Under the pieces are notes generated by a model. It worked only from the letters and a program-made list of their open reading frames with translations. It searched no databases and was not told the DNA's origin. Positions 19,746-29,440 of a stretch of DNA of 64,000 nt are shown piece after piece (positions within the stretch are counted from its first letter, which is position 1; each line of letters starts with the position of its first letter). The translations under genes were made by a program, and so were the position numbers. Origin of the DNA: Candidatus Peribacteria bacterium RIFOXYB1_FULL_54_35 (GTDB lineage Bacteria; Patescibacteriota; Gracilibacteria; Peribacterales; Peribacteraceae); the NCBI GenBank assembly GCA_001787755.1, contig MFYJ01000001.1, positions 946-64,945 of the forward strand, read 5' to 3'.

Positions 19746-19761
19746 GATAGCAAAGTTTCGC

Positions 19762-20883
19762 CTACTCCCCCACTTTTAGAGCAATATTACCGACACTCAA
19801 GGTTTTCGGATCAAAACAGGGGCCAGCACCGACAAAGGGGGCCATAACAACCTGCCCTTTTTTGAGTTGCTTTTGGATTTCTGCCATACGCCTCATCCAC
19901 GATGCCGAACCGTTATTCCCGGACCGGGAGACATCTATATCGACGGCAGGAGACGGTTTTGCCCAACCACGTCTCTCCCACTGCGCACGGATCACCTTAC
20001 CAAAACGTTTGTTTGCCTGGTGCGGAACGATCAACCCAACCTCTTCCGGCTCCATTCCCACTTCCACGAGCGATCGTTCGATGGCATCAATCATCTTCCC
20101 GCTCGCAGTCTCCAGTACTCCGCCGCCATTATTCATTTGAATACACTGCCTATCTCCGTGTTCTTTCCCATCGGGTCCGTACACGGTGCGCTTCGCAAGC
20201 GTGATTAAACCCTCAGACGGGAAAGTATCTATAAATGCATGAAGAATGTTGAATCTCGTCTGTCCCCTCTGCAACGCGGTAGCTGCTGTGTAATCCCCAA
20301 AGAGAAATCCCGTGTTTCTGTCCCGGACATCAAGGTTGTCACCGAGCTTCTCAGCCATGACCATAAGAAAGAACTCCCCCTCAAGTATATCTCTTTCTTC
20401 CACCAAACCCACCTCCGTAAGTTTGGCCGTCGTACTGCACACATAGTTGTGCCCAATCGCTCTCTCCTCCGCCAGGCCGAGAATGCGCGCAACCTTCTCT
20501 GCGGTCCGCTGGACAAGCGCCGCGGGATCACTTTCGTTGATACCAGCAAGATCATCTGTACGAAGACCTAACACTCTGCTCTCGACGGCACTCGTCCCCA
20601 GAAGGAGTCCCCTGCACTTCTCCGGCTGCAGCCCTTTATCGCGCAGCACTCTCATGCAATCCTTCCCAGTACCAGCAGCCATAGAAACAATGGTTTCGTC
20701 TGCCCCCGCAAAGGAGCGTGAATCGATACCGGTTCTTCTGCGCATATCTCCTGATGTCGCAATATCCGGGTGTGGGCAGTGCTGCAGAAACCACTCGTTT
20801 CTCCGCTCAAAACCCCCATACACAGTGCCGGGTATATACCCAGCGAAAGCGGGAAAGCCGAATCCTGTGCCTTCGTTTTCCAA
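19762..20883 (-). CDS. divergent 3-oxoacyl-ACP synthase III (FabH-like thiolase fold)
   Basis: TGIDSR, Cys in NYVCST, LFGD, IVPHQAN, GNNGSAS. Start uncertain (TTG 20883 just after the rsmF stop). Confidence 0.8.
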   Translation of the reverse strand: MENEGTGFGFPAFAGYIPGTVYGGFERRNEWFLQHCPHPDIATSGDMRRRTGIDSRSFAGADETIVSMAAGTGKDCMRVLRDKGLQPEKCRGLLLGTSAVESRVLGLRTDDLAGINESDPAALVQRTAEKVARILGLAEERAIGHNYVCSTTAKLTEVGLVEERDILEGEFFLMVMAEKLGDNLDVRDRNTGFLFGDYTAATALQRGQTRFNILHAFIDTFPSEGLITLAKRTVYGPDGKEHGDRQCIQMNNGGGVLETASGKMIDAIERSLVEVGMEPEEVGLIVPHQANKRFGKVIRAQWERRGWAKPSPAVDIDVSRSGNNGSASWMRRMAEIQKQLKKGQVVMAPFVGAGPCFDPKTLSVGNIALKVGE

Positions 20884-20912
20884 GAGAGCGACCTTAACAG
20901 ACTTCTCCAGAG

Positions 20913-22403
20913 TTACACAACATCTTGCAGGTGATAGATCATCCAGCGGGGAAGGTGGTTTTTGAGCATTCCGTTGCGTGCGCGCCCCCGCCCGATACAC
21001 CAGCCACGGTAGCGGATGAGCACATGCCCGAGGAGCGATGCGTCACATGAAATATCCTGCCCCTGCAGCAAGTGCTGCAACTGTTCTTCTTGAATGACGC
21101 AGACATTCTCCGTTGCCTCACCTCCGCGCAGCACAGCCATCTCATGGTCAATGTACACCGGAATATCCCTGAGCCTCTTTCCGAATGGAAGCCCAAGGCA
21201 GTAGTCCGCAACCGGAAGCTTCAACCTCGCTACCTCCTCTGTCGTTATAGCCAAATGGTCCCCTCTGTCGAAAAGCTGCTCTCCACCACGGATGATGTCT
21301 GTTCCGTACCGCGTCCTGAGAAACTGGGCAATCTCCTGCTGCTGCCCCCGAGGGAGCGGCTTCTCGCGGAAATGCTTGAGTTCCATTTTTTCTGCCTCAC
21401 GTGTGGGTGCTGTTTTCTCCAGCACCGCACAGAAGAACCCCTCGGTGTCGTACGTCTGCGGCCAGATGCGCAAGAAAGGATAGGCGGTTTGCCCTGCAGA
21501 TTGGAGGGAATGCTGCACTGCAATCGAGTCTCGAACGGCGGCATCGAATGCCACTTTCCCTTGATTTACAGCCAATTCTCTTGGATCGACAACCTTAAGT
21601 TGATCACTAAATTTGTTCAATATGCTCAGCACCACTTCCTCGTTCTCCTCGGGAGTGAGCGTGCACGTGGAATACACAATGCGACCGCCAATGGCTGCCG
21701 CATGCACTGCAGACTCTAAAAGCTCCCGCTGGAGCTTGGCTGCCTTGCGAATGCCGAGTTCCGAGCAGTATTTGAGCGCGTTCGAATCTTTCCTGCAGGT
21801 ACCCTGCGCAGTACAGGGTGCATCGATGAGTACGCGGTCGAAGCGGCCCGTCATGTACCTGGCAAACCACTGCCCCATCCTCTTGGTCAGAATGACATTC
21901 ATCACCCCGCTGCGCTGGAGCGCGGACTTCAGGGTTTGGATACGGGCATCCTGTACATCATTGGCAACGATCACTCCCCTGCCCACCGAAGCTCCATGAG
22001 GAGCGGAGGCGGGCCTCCCCTGCATGGCAGCTGCAATCTGTGAAGTTTTGCTCCCCGGTGCAGCGGCCATGTCGAGAATGATTTCTCCCGGTTCCGGCTG
22101 CAGGAGCCCGACAGGCAACATGCTGCTCGCTTCCTGGAAGTAGAAATGCCCGAGAAGATGCAGAAGATCTTTCCCAAGGGGAACAGACCGGTCATCACGG
22201 TCAACGAAGAACCCTTCAGTACACCATGGGACAGGCTGCAGTTTCCACCCCTTCTCCTCTGCCCACCGCTTCAACTCCTCTGCGGAGGAAAGGATGGTAT
22301 TGCTGCGCACGCACCTGCGCAGCGGCTTGCTGCTGTACTCTCTCAGTGTGGAGAGATCAGTGAAGCCGGCATAGCGATCGAAGGGATGGTCAGACACTGG
22401 CAA
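20913..22403 (-). CDS. rsmF: RsmF/NOL1/NOP2 rRNA m5C methyltransferase
   Basis: QEASSM, DMAAAPGSKT, DRVLIDAPC, VYSTCT, EGFF, C-terminal PUA-like region. Confidence 0.88.
   Translation of the reverse strand: MPVSDHPFDRYAGFTDLSTLREYSSKPLRRCVRSNTILSSAEELKRWAEEKGWKLQPVPWCTEGFFVDRDDRSVPLGKDLLHLLGHFYFQEASSMLPVGLLQPEPGEIILDMAAAPGSKTSQIAAAMQGRPASAPHGASVGRGVIVANDVQDARIQTLKSALQRSGVMNVILTKRMGQWFARYMTGRFDRVLIDAPCTAQGTCRKDSNALKYCSELGIRKAAKLQRELLESAVHAAAIGGRIVYSTCTLTPEENEEVVLSILNKFSDQLKVVDPRELAVNQGKVAFDAAVRDSIAVQHSLQSAGQTAYPFLRIWPQTYDTEGFFCAVLEKTAPTREAEKMELKHFREKPLPRGQQQEIAQFLRTRYGTDIIRGGEQLFDRGDHLAITTEEVARLKLPVADYCLGLPFGKRLRDIPVYIDHEMAVLRGGEATENVCVIQEEQLQHLLQGQDISCDASLLGHVLIRYRGWCIGRGRARNGMLKNHLPRWMIYHLQDVV
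21978..22013. repeat. 36-bp REP-like palindrome inserted in frame in rsmF
   Basis: cctgcccaccgaagctccatgaggagcggaggcggg followed by cct; encodes PASAPHGASVGR. Confidence 0.8.
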
Positions 22404-22545
22404 GAGAGGAAAATCCTGCTGCCGTATTCTGACAGAATTACCCGCAGGAGGAACTTCATTCCAGGTAATTCAATGCAGTGAACTGAAATGGGAAGACCAT
22501 TGACTACTCAATAGTTTTTTGTACCATGCTATTCGAATCAATCGA

Positions 22546-23043
22546 ATGAACCTCCTGAGCAATCTCACCCATCTCTTCCAGCCAAGCGGAGCAGCACCCG
22601 CCGGAGAAGTCCCCGTCGTCGTTTCGGAGCAGGAGGCGCTGATTGCAGAGTGGCGTGGGCAGGTGGCACAGATCACTGCTCTCACGAGGAATCCCCAAGC
22701 CGATTCAGGGGAAATCACCTCACTCATGCTTGCCGCATACCGCTCAGGCCGCCACATAGAACACAGGCTCGGTTCTTTTCCCGATACTCTGGGGCAGGAA
22801 AAACAAGCGCTAGTCGACGCAATTGCTCGGCTGTGGCTGGAGTGCAAAATGCTCATGGTAGACCTCCTGCTCGGAAACGATATGAAAGGCGCAAAGATTA
22901 TGAGGATGCGCATGAGTACTATGTGCAGGCTTGGGGAAATGCTGGGCTGCCTCAACCGATTGCCGGGTCACGATAACTACGAACAGGAACCAATCGTGGA
23001 TGCGGAAGAACTGGATAGACGGTTCGGACCCCTTGCAGCCTAG
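22546..23043 (+). CDS. hypothetical protein
   Basis: ORF filling the rsmF-leuS gap; ATG at 22546. Confidence 0.6.
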   Translation: MNLLSNLTHLFQPSGAAPAGEVPVVVSEQEALIAEWRGQVAQITALTRNPQADSGEITSLMLAAYRSGRHIEHRLGSFPDTLGQEKQALVDAIARLWLECKMLMVDLLLGNDMKGAKIMRMRMSTMCRLGEMLGCLNRLPGHDNYEQEPIVDAEELDRRFGPLAA

Positions 23044-23048
23044 GGAGG

Positions 23049-25529
23049 CTACGCCACAACGAGACTCACGAGCCTGCCGGGGATGTACATCTCCTTCTTG
23101 ATCTTCTTCCCCTCAAGATGCCGCTGCACATTCTCTTCCGCTTTCGCAAACTCGAGCGCTTCCTTTTCGGTGATGTCCGGTGAAGCCGTGAACTCCCCGC
23201 GGACCTTGCCGTTCACCTGCACAACGATCGTGATAGTGCTCGCTACGAGCTGTGATGCATCGTAGCCCGGCCAATCCTGATCGATAACAAACCCTTTCCC
23301 GCCGGAATACTCCCACACTTCTTCCGCCAGATGCGGTGCGAGCGGTGCGAGCAGCGTGGCGTAGGTCCGGGCGGCATCAGGAGCGAGGACATCCTGCTTC
23401 TCCAGCACATTGAGGAGTTCCATGAGCGCACTGAGCGCCGTGTTGAAGTGCAGGCGTTCGATGTCCTCGGTCACTTTCTTCACGGTGGCATGCAGCTTTG
23501 AAGTCACCTGGGCATCCACCTGATCAACTTTTTTGTTCAATTTGCGTCCCGAGGGCAACTTCTCCGAGTACAGCCTCCACACACGCTGCACGAAGCGGTC
23601 CACGCCTTTTATGCCCGTATCGCTCCAGTCCCCCCCCTCTGTGAAAGGCCCCATGAACATGAGATACAAGCGGAAGACATCGGAGCCGTACTTCTCGACG
23701 AAGGAATCCGGTGAGACGACGTTCCCTTTCGATTTGCTCATTTTCGCCCCCTTGTTCGTGATCACGCCCTGGTGGATAAGCCGCTGGTACTGCTCCTCGT
23801 GCTGGATGAATCCGAAGTCCTTCAGCGCCATCCCTACGAAGCGCGCGTAGATGAGATGCATGCACGCGTGTTCCGCACCGCCAATGTAGCAATCCACCGG
23901 CATCCACTTCTCCTCGAGCTTCGGATCAACAAGGGCTCCGCTCGAGAGCGGGCGCTGGCGGTACTCCTTCGCATCGTTCTGCGCAGCAAGATACATGAGG
24001 GAGTAGTAGCTCGAGCAGACGAAGGTATCCATAGTGTCGCATTCCGGCGTCCATCCTTTCCCGAAGATCTTCTCGACTCGCTTTTTCAATTCCGGCGATC
24101 CGGCGATCGGCGATGTCCCCGTCGGCTTGAACTCGACATCCGTTGGGAGGAGCCACGGGAGGTGCTTCTCGGGAACGGTGTGCGGATTCCCCTCAGGATC
24201 GTAGACGATCGGGATGAGCGCGCCCCAGTAGCGCTGGCGGGAGATGAGCCAGTCGCGGAGACGGTACGTCGTTACGCGCTTCCCGTACTTCTTCTCCTCA
24301 AGGAAATTCATAATGCGCTCCTTCGCTTCCATGATGGGCAGGCTGTCGAGGAAGGAAGAATTCACCATCGTCCCGGCTTCCTCCTGAACCTGCTCAGGAC
24401 GTGTGATAAAGCTCGTGTCGCCGTCGGGGCCGACGACGACCCGGATGACGGGAATGCGGAACTCCTGCGCGAATTCAAAATCCCGGAGATCGTGGCCGGG
24501 AACGCCGACTACTGCCCCCGTCCCGAACCCCGCAAGGACGAAGTCGGACACCCAAATCGGCATCTTCGCTCCGTTGAGGTTGTTGATCGCCTCGTACCCC
24601 GTGAATGCGCCGGTCTTCTTCCGGCCTTCCTCCTGGCGTTCCAGCTCCGTCTTCTTCTTCGTAGCCTCGAGGTACGCCGCAACGGCTCCCTTCTCTTTCG
24701 AGGGTAGAGCTCCACTGGCGACCTTTTGCGCAAAGGGGTGTTCGGGTGCGAGGACAATAAAGGTCGCACCGAAATTTGTGTCGGGGCGGGTGGTGAAGCA
24801 GACGATTCGTTCGTTGCAGCCATCCACCAAGTATGTGATGTCGATACCTTCCTTCTTCCCGATCCAGTTCCTCTGCATCGCCTTCGTCTTCTCGGGCCAG
24901 TCGAGCGTATCTAAGTTCTTGAGAAGACGCTCCACAAAGTCGGTGATCTTCCAGTACCACTGGGCAAGCGGTTTCTGCACGACAACCGTGTCGCACCGCT
25001 CGCATGTGCCGTCCTGGCATTGCTCATTCGCGAGGACCGTCTGACAGCTCGGACAGAAATTCACGTTCCCCTCCTGCTTGTACGCAAGCCCGTGGGCGAA
25101 CATCTGAAGAAAGAGCCACTGCGTCCACTGGTAGTATTCCGGATGGCTGCTATTCGCGGAGTGAGTCCAGTCGTACATGCATCCCATCCGCTTCAGCTGC
25201 CCGATCATGGTTTTCACGTTGTCGGCCGTGGATTTTGCGGGCGGAATACCCGACTTGATCGCGTAGTTCTCTGCGGGGAGGCCGAATGCATCGAACCCCA
25301 TCGGCGAGAAGACATCGAACCCCTGCATCCGCTTAAACCGTGCGAGTGAATCGGCAGGACCGAAGTTGTACCAGTGGCCAACGTGGAGCTTGTCCCCGCT
25401 CGGGTACGGCCACATGACGTGGGTGTAGTATGGATTCTTGGCTTTCTTGAGATCGATGCTGAAAATCTTCGCCTCCTCCCATTTCTTCTGCCATTTGGCT
25501 TCGACTGCTGCTGGATCGTACTGTGACAT
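23049..25529 (-). CDS. leuS: leucine--tRNA ligase
   Basis: PYPSGDKLHVGH (HIGH), KMSKS, FTTRPDT editing domain, DWLISRQRYWG. Confidence 0.97.
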   Translation of the reverse strand: MSQYDPAAVEAKWQKKWEEAKIFSIDLKKAKNPYYTHVMWPYPSGDKLHVGHWYNFGPADSLARFKRMQGFDVFSPMGFDAFGLPAENYAIKSGIPPAKSTADNVKTMIGQLKRMGCMYDWTHSANSSHPEYYQWTQWLFLQMFAHGLAYKQEGNVNFCPSCQTVLANEQCQDGTCERCDTVVVQKPLAQWYWKITDFVERLLKNLDTLDWPEKTKAMQRNWIGKKEGIDITYLVDGCNERIVCFTTRPDTNFGATFIVLAPEHPFAQKVASGALPSKEKGAVAAYLEATKKKTELERQEEGRKKTGAFTGYEAINNLNGAKMPIWVSDFVLAGFGTGAVVGVPGHDLRDFEFAQEFRIPVIRVVVGPDGDTSFITRPEQVQEEAGTMVNSSFLDSLPIMEAKERIMNFLEEKKYGKRVTTYRLRDWLISRQRYWGALIPIVYDPEGNPHTVPEKHLPWLLPTDVEFKPTGTSPIAGSPELKKRVEKIFGKGWTPECDTMDTFVCSSYYSLMYLAAQNDAKEYRQRPLSSGALVDPKLEEKWMPVDCYIGGAEHACMHLIYARFVGMALKDFGFIQHEEQYQRLIHQGVITNKGAKMSKSKGNVVSPDSFVEKYGSDVFRLYLMFMGPFTEGGDWSDTGIKGVDRFVQRVWRLYSEKLPSGRKLNKKVDQVDAQVTSKLHATVKKVTEDIERLHFNTALSALMELLNVLEKQDVLAPDAARTYATLLAPLAPHLAEEVWEYSGGKGFVIDQDWPGYDASQLVASTITIVVQVNGKVRGEFTASPDITEKEALEFAKAEENVQRHLEGKKIKKEMYIPGRLVSLVVA

Positions 25530-25580
25530 AGCGCAGATAGCGTAGCGAGAACCGCAACATTTTCCTACTGATACTCCTCC

Positions 25581-25700
25581 GCGTTTAAAAGGGTTATCAA
25601 TGGGTTACAGATACATGGCAGGAGTTCTTGGCTCAGGTAAACGCTACGGGGTACGAGAGGAGGTAGTATCTGGTTCTCTGAATAGCTGCCTTTTAAGCGC
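25581..25700 (+). ncRNA. candidate structured ncRNA (long irregular hairpin)
   Basis: gcgtttaaaagg/ccttttaagcgc, gttat/atagc, cagatac/gtatctg, tcttg/cgaga. G-U pairs form only on the + strand. Confidence 0.4.
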
Positions 25701-25758
25701 AACTTAGTATGAGAAAACACACAGAGCGGGAGGAGATCTGCTACAATGACCGTCTCCT

Positions 25759-27105
25759 ATGTCCAAGCTGCCTACTGTAGCCATTGTCGGCCGGCCCAAT
25801 ACCGGGAAATCGACGCTCTTCAACAGGCTCATCGGCCGAAGGAAATCCATTGTCAGTGACATCCCGGGCACCACGCGGGACCATGTTGCACAGAGAGTGG
25901 AAGGGCAGCAGGTCGACTACCTGCTTGTTGACACCGGCGGAATGGGGGGAGGAACGGAGGACAGCGACCTCGAAGGTGACGTACACAAACAATCACTCCT
26001 TGCCCTCGAACATGCAGACGTGATTGTCCTCACCATCAACAGCCGCGAAGACCTCACATCGAGCGACTTTGAAATCATCGATACGCTGCGGAAGAGCAAG
26101 CGCGCCCACGTGCCTGTCATTCTCGCGGCAACCAAATGCGATAATCCCGAGGAGATAGAGAGAGCACTCCCACAGTACTTCGGACTTGGTATTTCAGAGA
26201 ATGTACTTGCCACCAGTGCCCCGCACAAAGTGGGGATCGACGATCTGCGGAACGCCATGGAGCAGGCACTCCTCTCCCTCCACTTCCGGAAAGAAGCGTC
26301 CGGAACGCCTTCCCAGAAACCGAACATTGCCATTATTGGGAAACCCAATGTCGGCAAGAGCTCCATCGTGAATGCTATGATGAGCGAGACACAACGAGCC
26401 AAATCACCCCTTCTGGTCTCGGAAATCCCCGGAACCACACGTGATTCCACAGACACCGTGATCCGTTACCACGATCAGGAGTATGTCTTCATGGATACCG
26501 CCGGAATGAAGCGGCGGAAACAGACTGTCGATAACGAGATCGAGATTCATTCCTACTTCCGCAGCGTGCAAGCTCTCGAACGGTGTGATATCTGTGTGCT
26601 GATACTCGATATACAGGAACCAGTTTCAAGACAGGATAAGCGCATCGCTGCCATGGCAGTGGAAGAAGGGAAAGGGCTCATCATCCTGCTGAACAAAATC
26701 GACCTGCTTCCAACCCCCCAGAAACAGGAGGCACTTGACCATACCGAGCGCATGCTGCAATTTTGCCGCTTCGCGCCTATCATCCCCTGCTCCGCAGAAA
26801 CACGTGAAGGGCTCTTAAAACTCTTTGATGTCATTGAATCCGTGCAACGGAACCGCTCGCGAAGAATACCGACGAAGGATCTCCACCGCTGGTTCCAGGA
26901 TGCCGTCGCAGGACAACCAATGGGATCTCTCGCAAGTTCCAAACACCTCACGCAGGCCGAGGAACTCCCACCGACCTTTGTGATTTTCGTGAAAGACCCA
27001 CAGAAGGTGCAAATCTCGCAACTCCGGGCGCTCGAAAACAATCTTCGGCGTACCTACGCATTCGAAGGAACACCTATCCGCTGGATCACGAAAGTAAGCA
27101 GCTAG
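25759..27105 (+). CDS. der: ribosome biogenesis GTPase Der (EngA)
   Basis: Two GTPase domains: GRPNTGKS/DTGG and GKPNVGKS/DTAG/NKID. Confidence 0.96.
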   Translation: MSKLPTVAIVGRPNTGKSTLFNRLIGRRKSIVSDIPGTTRDHVAQRVEGQQVDYLLVDTGGMGGGTEDSDLEGDVHKQSLLALEHADVIVLTINSREDLTSSDFEIIDTLRKSKRAHVPVILAATKCDNPEEIERALPQYFGLGISENVLATSAPHKVGIDDLRNAMEQALLSLHFRKEASGTPSQKPNIAIIGKPNVGKSSIVNAMMSETQRAKSPLLVSEIPGTTRDSTDTVIRYHDQEYVFMDTAGMKRRKQTVDNEIEIHSYFRSVQALERCDICVLILDIQEPVSRQDKRIAAMAVEEGKGLIILLNKIDLLPTPQKQEALDHTERMLQFCRFAPIIPCSAETREGLLKLFDVIESVQRNRSRRIPTKDLHRWFQDAVAGQPMGSLASSKHLTQAEELPPTFVIFVKDPQKVQISQLRALENNLRRTYAFEGTPIRWITKVSS

Positions 27106-27788
27106 CCCCGCGAGCCGGGTTCTGCACTCCTCGTCTCCTCCTCGAGAACTCCTTCCAGCTCATGCTGTTCCCGCCGTCCCTCCGGCTTGTTATCGTCGAT
27201 GACACGGCCATCTTCGTGAATGGGGAGCGGATACTCCTTAATAGCCTTCTCCAGCTTGTCCATCAGGACAGCAGGATCACTATCAAATACCATATTCGGT
27301 GCCACCTTTCTCTGGCAGAGATCTTCGATAATATGAGGAATAGAATCGCTGATTCCTCCCGTTTCCGTCAGCACTCCTATGGGACGCCCTTCTTCATAGG
27401 CGATGGTCAATTCATTGAGCGTGCCAATTCCTCCGCCAACGATCACGATGGCATCCGATGACCGAATATTGATGATGTCACGCTCCATGAACCCCATGCC
27501 GGTGAAAAGGATCATGTCATGAGTGTGCGGAGACTTGTACTCGTGGATATGGGCATGTTTGGAAAAAGCGGGAGAAACACCAATGGTAAAACCGCCTGCC
27601 TCCTTCGCGCCGAGCAGCGCGTCATTCGGCAGCCCCGGGCAAGCACCGTTGATGAAGATATATCCGCGTTTGCCAATCTCCTGACCAAGCTTACGAGCCA
27701 TTGTCCGCGCATGTTTGAACTCAATCTGCGGGCCGGATGCCGATCCCATGACTCCAATCTTGAGTTGATGTGCATTCTTTTCCACCAT
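27102..27788 (-). CDS. LOG/SLOG family protein (TIGR00725-like)
   Basis: IGVMGSA, GACPGLP, GGGIGTLNE; ATG at 27788. Confidence 0.85.
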   Translation of the reverse strand: MVEKNAHQLKIGVMGSASGPQIEFKHARTMARKLGQEIGKRGYIFINGACPGLPNDALLGAKEAGGFTIGVSPAFSKHAHIHEYKSPHTHDMILFTGMGFMERDIINIRSSDAIVIVGGGIGTLNELTIAYEEGRPIGVLTETGGISDSIPHIIEDLCQRKVAPNMVFDSDPAVLMDKLEKAIKEYPLPIHEDGRVIDDNKPEGRREQHELEGVLEEETRSAEPGSRG

Positions 27789-27860
27789 AGAAACAGTGTA
27801 GCGGAGAATACATTTCTTTCCGATCATTATAGCCTAATTCATCTGTTGCATCAACGCTCC

Positions 27861-28865
27861 TTAGCGCATGAACAAATAGCGATTGACATTGTGTTCTTCA
27901 TTAGTCACTGCGTAATGAATCTCTCCATCGCTCCCGTGAAGGTAGTACCAGTACGCACTCTCCTGGGGGTACAGCGCCGCAAGAAAACTCGCAATGCCCA
28001 CACTGGCGATGGGACCAGGGGGAAGCCCACGGAACTTTCGCGTGTTGTACGGCGAATTCGTGTTCAGATCGGCCTGGGTGATGGCGTCTGTCTGCTTGTC
28101 CAGAATGTAACGCACCGTCGCATCCACACCAAGCCCCCGCCCGTCATCGAAACGCTTCCAGAGAATGCCTGAGACAACCGGCCGCTCGGTATCTGTGAGC
28201 GTTTCTTCCTCAATGAGAGATGCCATAGTGACGATCTCGTGCAGACTGCGCCCAGATTGCCCTATCACCGATTCATACGGTCCCACCACCTTCTTCCGGA
28301 ATGTCGTGAGGAGACGCTCGAGAAAGAATTTTGGGTGAAAGTCCTCCTTGGCAACGAAGTACGTATCCGGATAGAGGTATCCCTCCACCTTCCCACCCCT
28401 CTGCGCAAGACCACCCACGGAAGGCAAAAACTCAAACGAGGAGAAGTCGCATTCCTGCGCGCAGCGCAAAATCTCCCCTGTTGCGCTGAAGCCGCGTTCT
28501 GCCATCAGTGCATCGATCTGCCGGACGGTGTACCCCTCCGGGATGGTGATGACCGCTTCATCCGCCTTCCCGCTCTGCAGTACTTCCACTATCTGCTCAA
28601 CAGCCATAGAAGGCCGGAGAACGAACTTCCCCGCCTGCAGAGAACCGGTCTCCCCCTTCAGCCGCACATAGAGTGTGAAGGCAAGAGGAGACCTGATCAC
28701 TCCCCGTTCGTGCAGAAGATCTGCAATTTGCTGCACGGAAAGGCCTGTCTCAACCTTGATGGTACTCCGTTCCTGGCTCGTACTCTCAACAGGGGCAAGT
28801 GCATTGAAGTACCAGAACACGGTGCCGCAGCCGAGAATGAGGAGAAGAAGAATGAGACGTCGCAT
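27861..28865 (-). CDS. mltG: endolytic transglycosylase MltG
   Basis: ITIPEG, EGYLYPDTY, ASLIEEE, SPYNTR..GLPPGPIAS. Confidence 0.95.
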   Translation of the reverse strand: MRRLILLLLILGCGTVFWYFNALAPVESTSQERSTIKVETGLSVQQIADLLHERGVIRSPLAFTLYVRLKGETGSLQAGKFVLRPSMAVEQIVEVLQSGKADEAVITIPEGYTVRQIDALMAERGFSATGEILRCAQECDFSSFEFLPSVGGLAQRGGKVEGYLYPDTYFVAKEDFHPKFFLERLLTTFRKKVVGPYESVIGQSGRSLHEIVTMASLIEEETLTDTERPVVSGILWKRFDDGRGLGVDATVRYILDKQTDAITQADLNTNSPYNTRKFRGLPPGPIASVGIASFLAALYPQESAYWYYLHGSDGEIHYAVTNEEHNVNRYLFMR

Positions 28866-28877
28866 AGCGATGATTCG

Positions 28878-29189
28878 TTACTTTCCAAGACCCCGCATAC
28901 CCTCTTCTGTAGGAAGACCCATATCCCCCAGCACCCCCTGCATCTGCTCAGCGGCTACAACCTGCGCCTTCTTCAGTGCGCGGTTGAGCGCATCTATGAG
29001 ACGCGGTGCTATCGATTCACGTGGTACCTCCTCGGCGATCTCAATACTCACCACTTCCTGTTCCCCGTTCACCACCACTTTCACTCCCTCCGCTTCCGCC
29101 TCCACATGTATTTTCTTCAGCAGTTTTCGCACTTTTTTGGCTTCCCGCTGCATACGGAATAGATCCTTCGCTTGTGAGAGTGATGTCAT
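28878..29189 (-). CDS. YbaB/EbfC nucleoid-associated protein
   Basis: GVKVVVNGEQEVVSIEI...LIDALNRALKKAQ. Confidence 0.9.
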   Translation of the reverse strand: MTSLSQAKDLFRMQREAKKVRKLLKKIHVEAEAEGVKVVVNGEQEVVSIEIAEEVPRESIAPRLIDALNRALKKAQVVAAEQMQGVLGDMGLPTEEGMRGLGK

Positions 29190-29223
29190 AGCGGGCCTAC
29201 GCTATCTGCTCCGGCCTCCCCTG

Positions 29224-29395
29224 ACAAGAAACAAGATACAAATAATAAGATGCAAACAAATGCCAAATCACACTGCCCAAGATCCAAACAATCCTTATTG
29301 GAATTTAGAGATTGCATATTCTTTGGAACGGCTTACAAATTGCACCTTGGACCTTGTTTGGAACAACTTGTTCTTTGCATCTTGGATCTTTCTTC
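29224..29395. repeat. 7-nt periodic intergenic inverted repeat
   Basis: acaagaa acaagat acaaata ataagat gcaaaca ... cttgttc tttgcat cttggat. Confidence 0.7.
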
Positions 29396-29440
29396 CTGAG
29401 GAAAATTGAATTAAGAACAGAATTCAGCTATAATGCTTCG

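Noticed and set aside
23520-23960. Short extra segments in LeuS (LPSGRKLNK, RQRPLSSGA) with small hairpins
   Set aside because: Hairpins are short and match neither repeat family; cannot be judged without an alignment.
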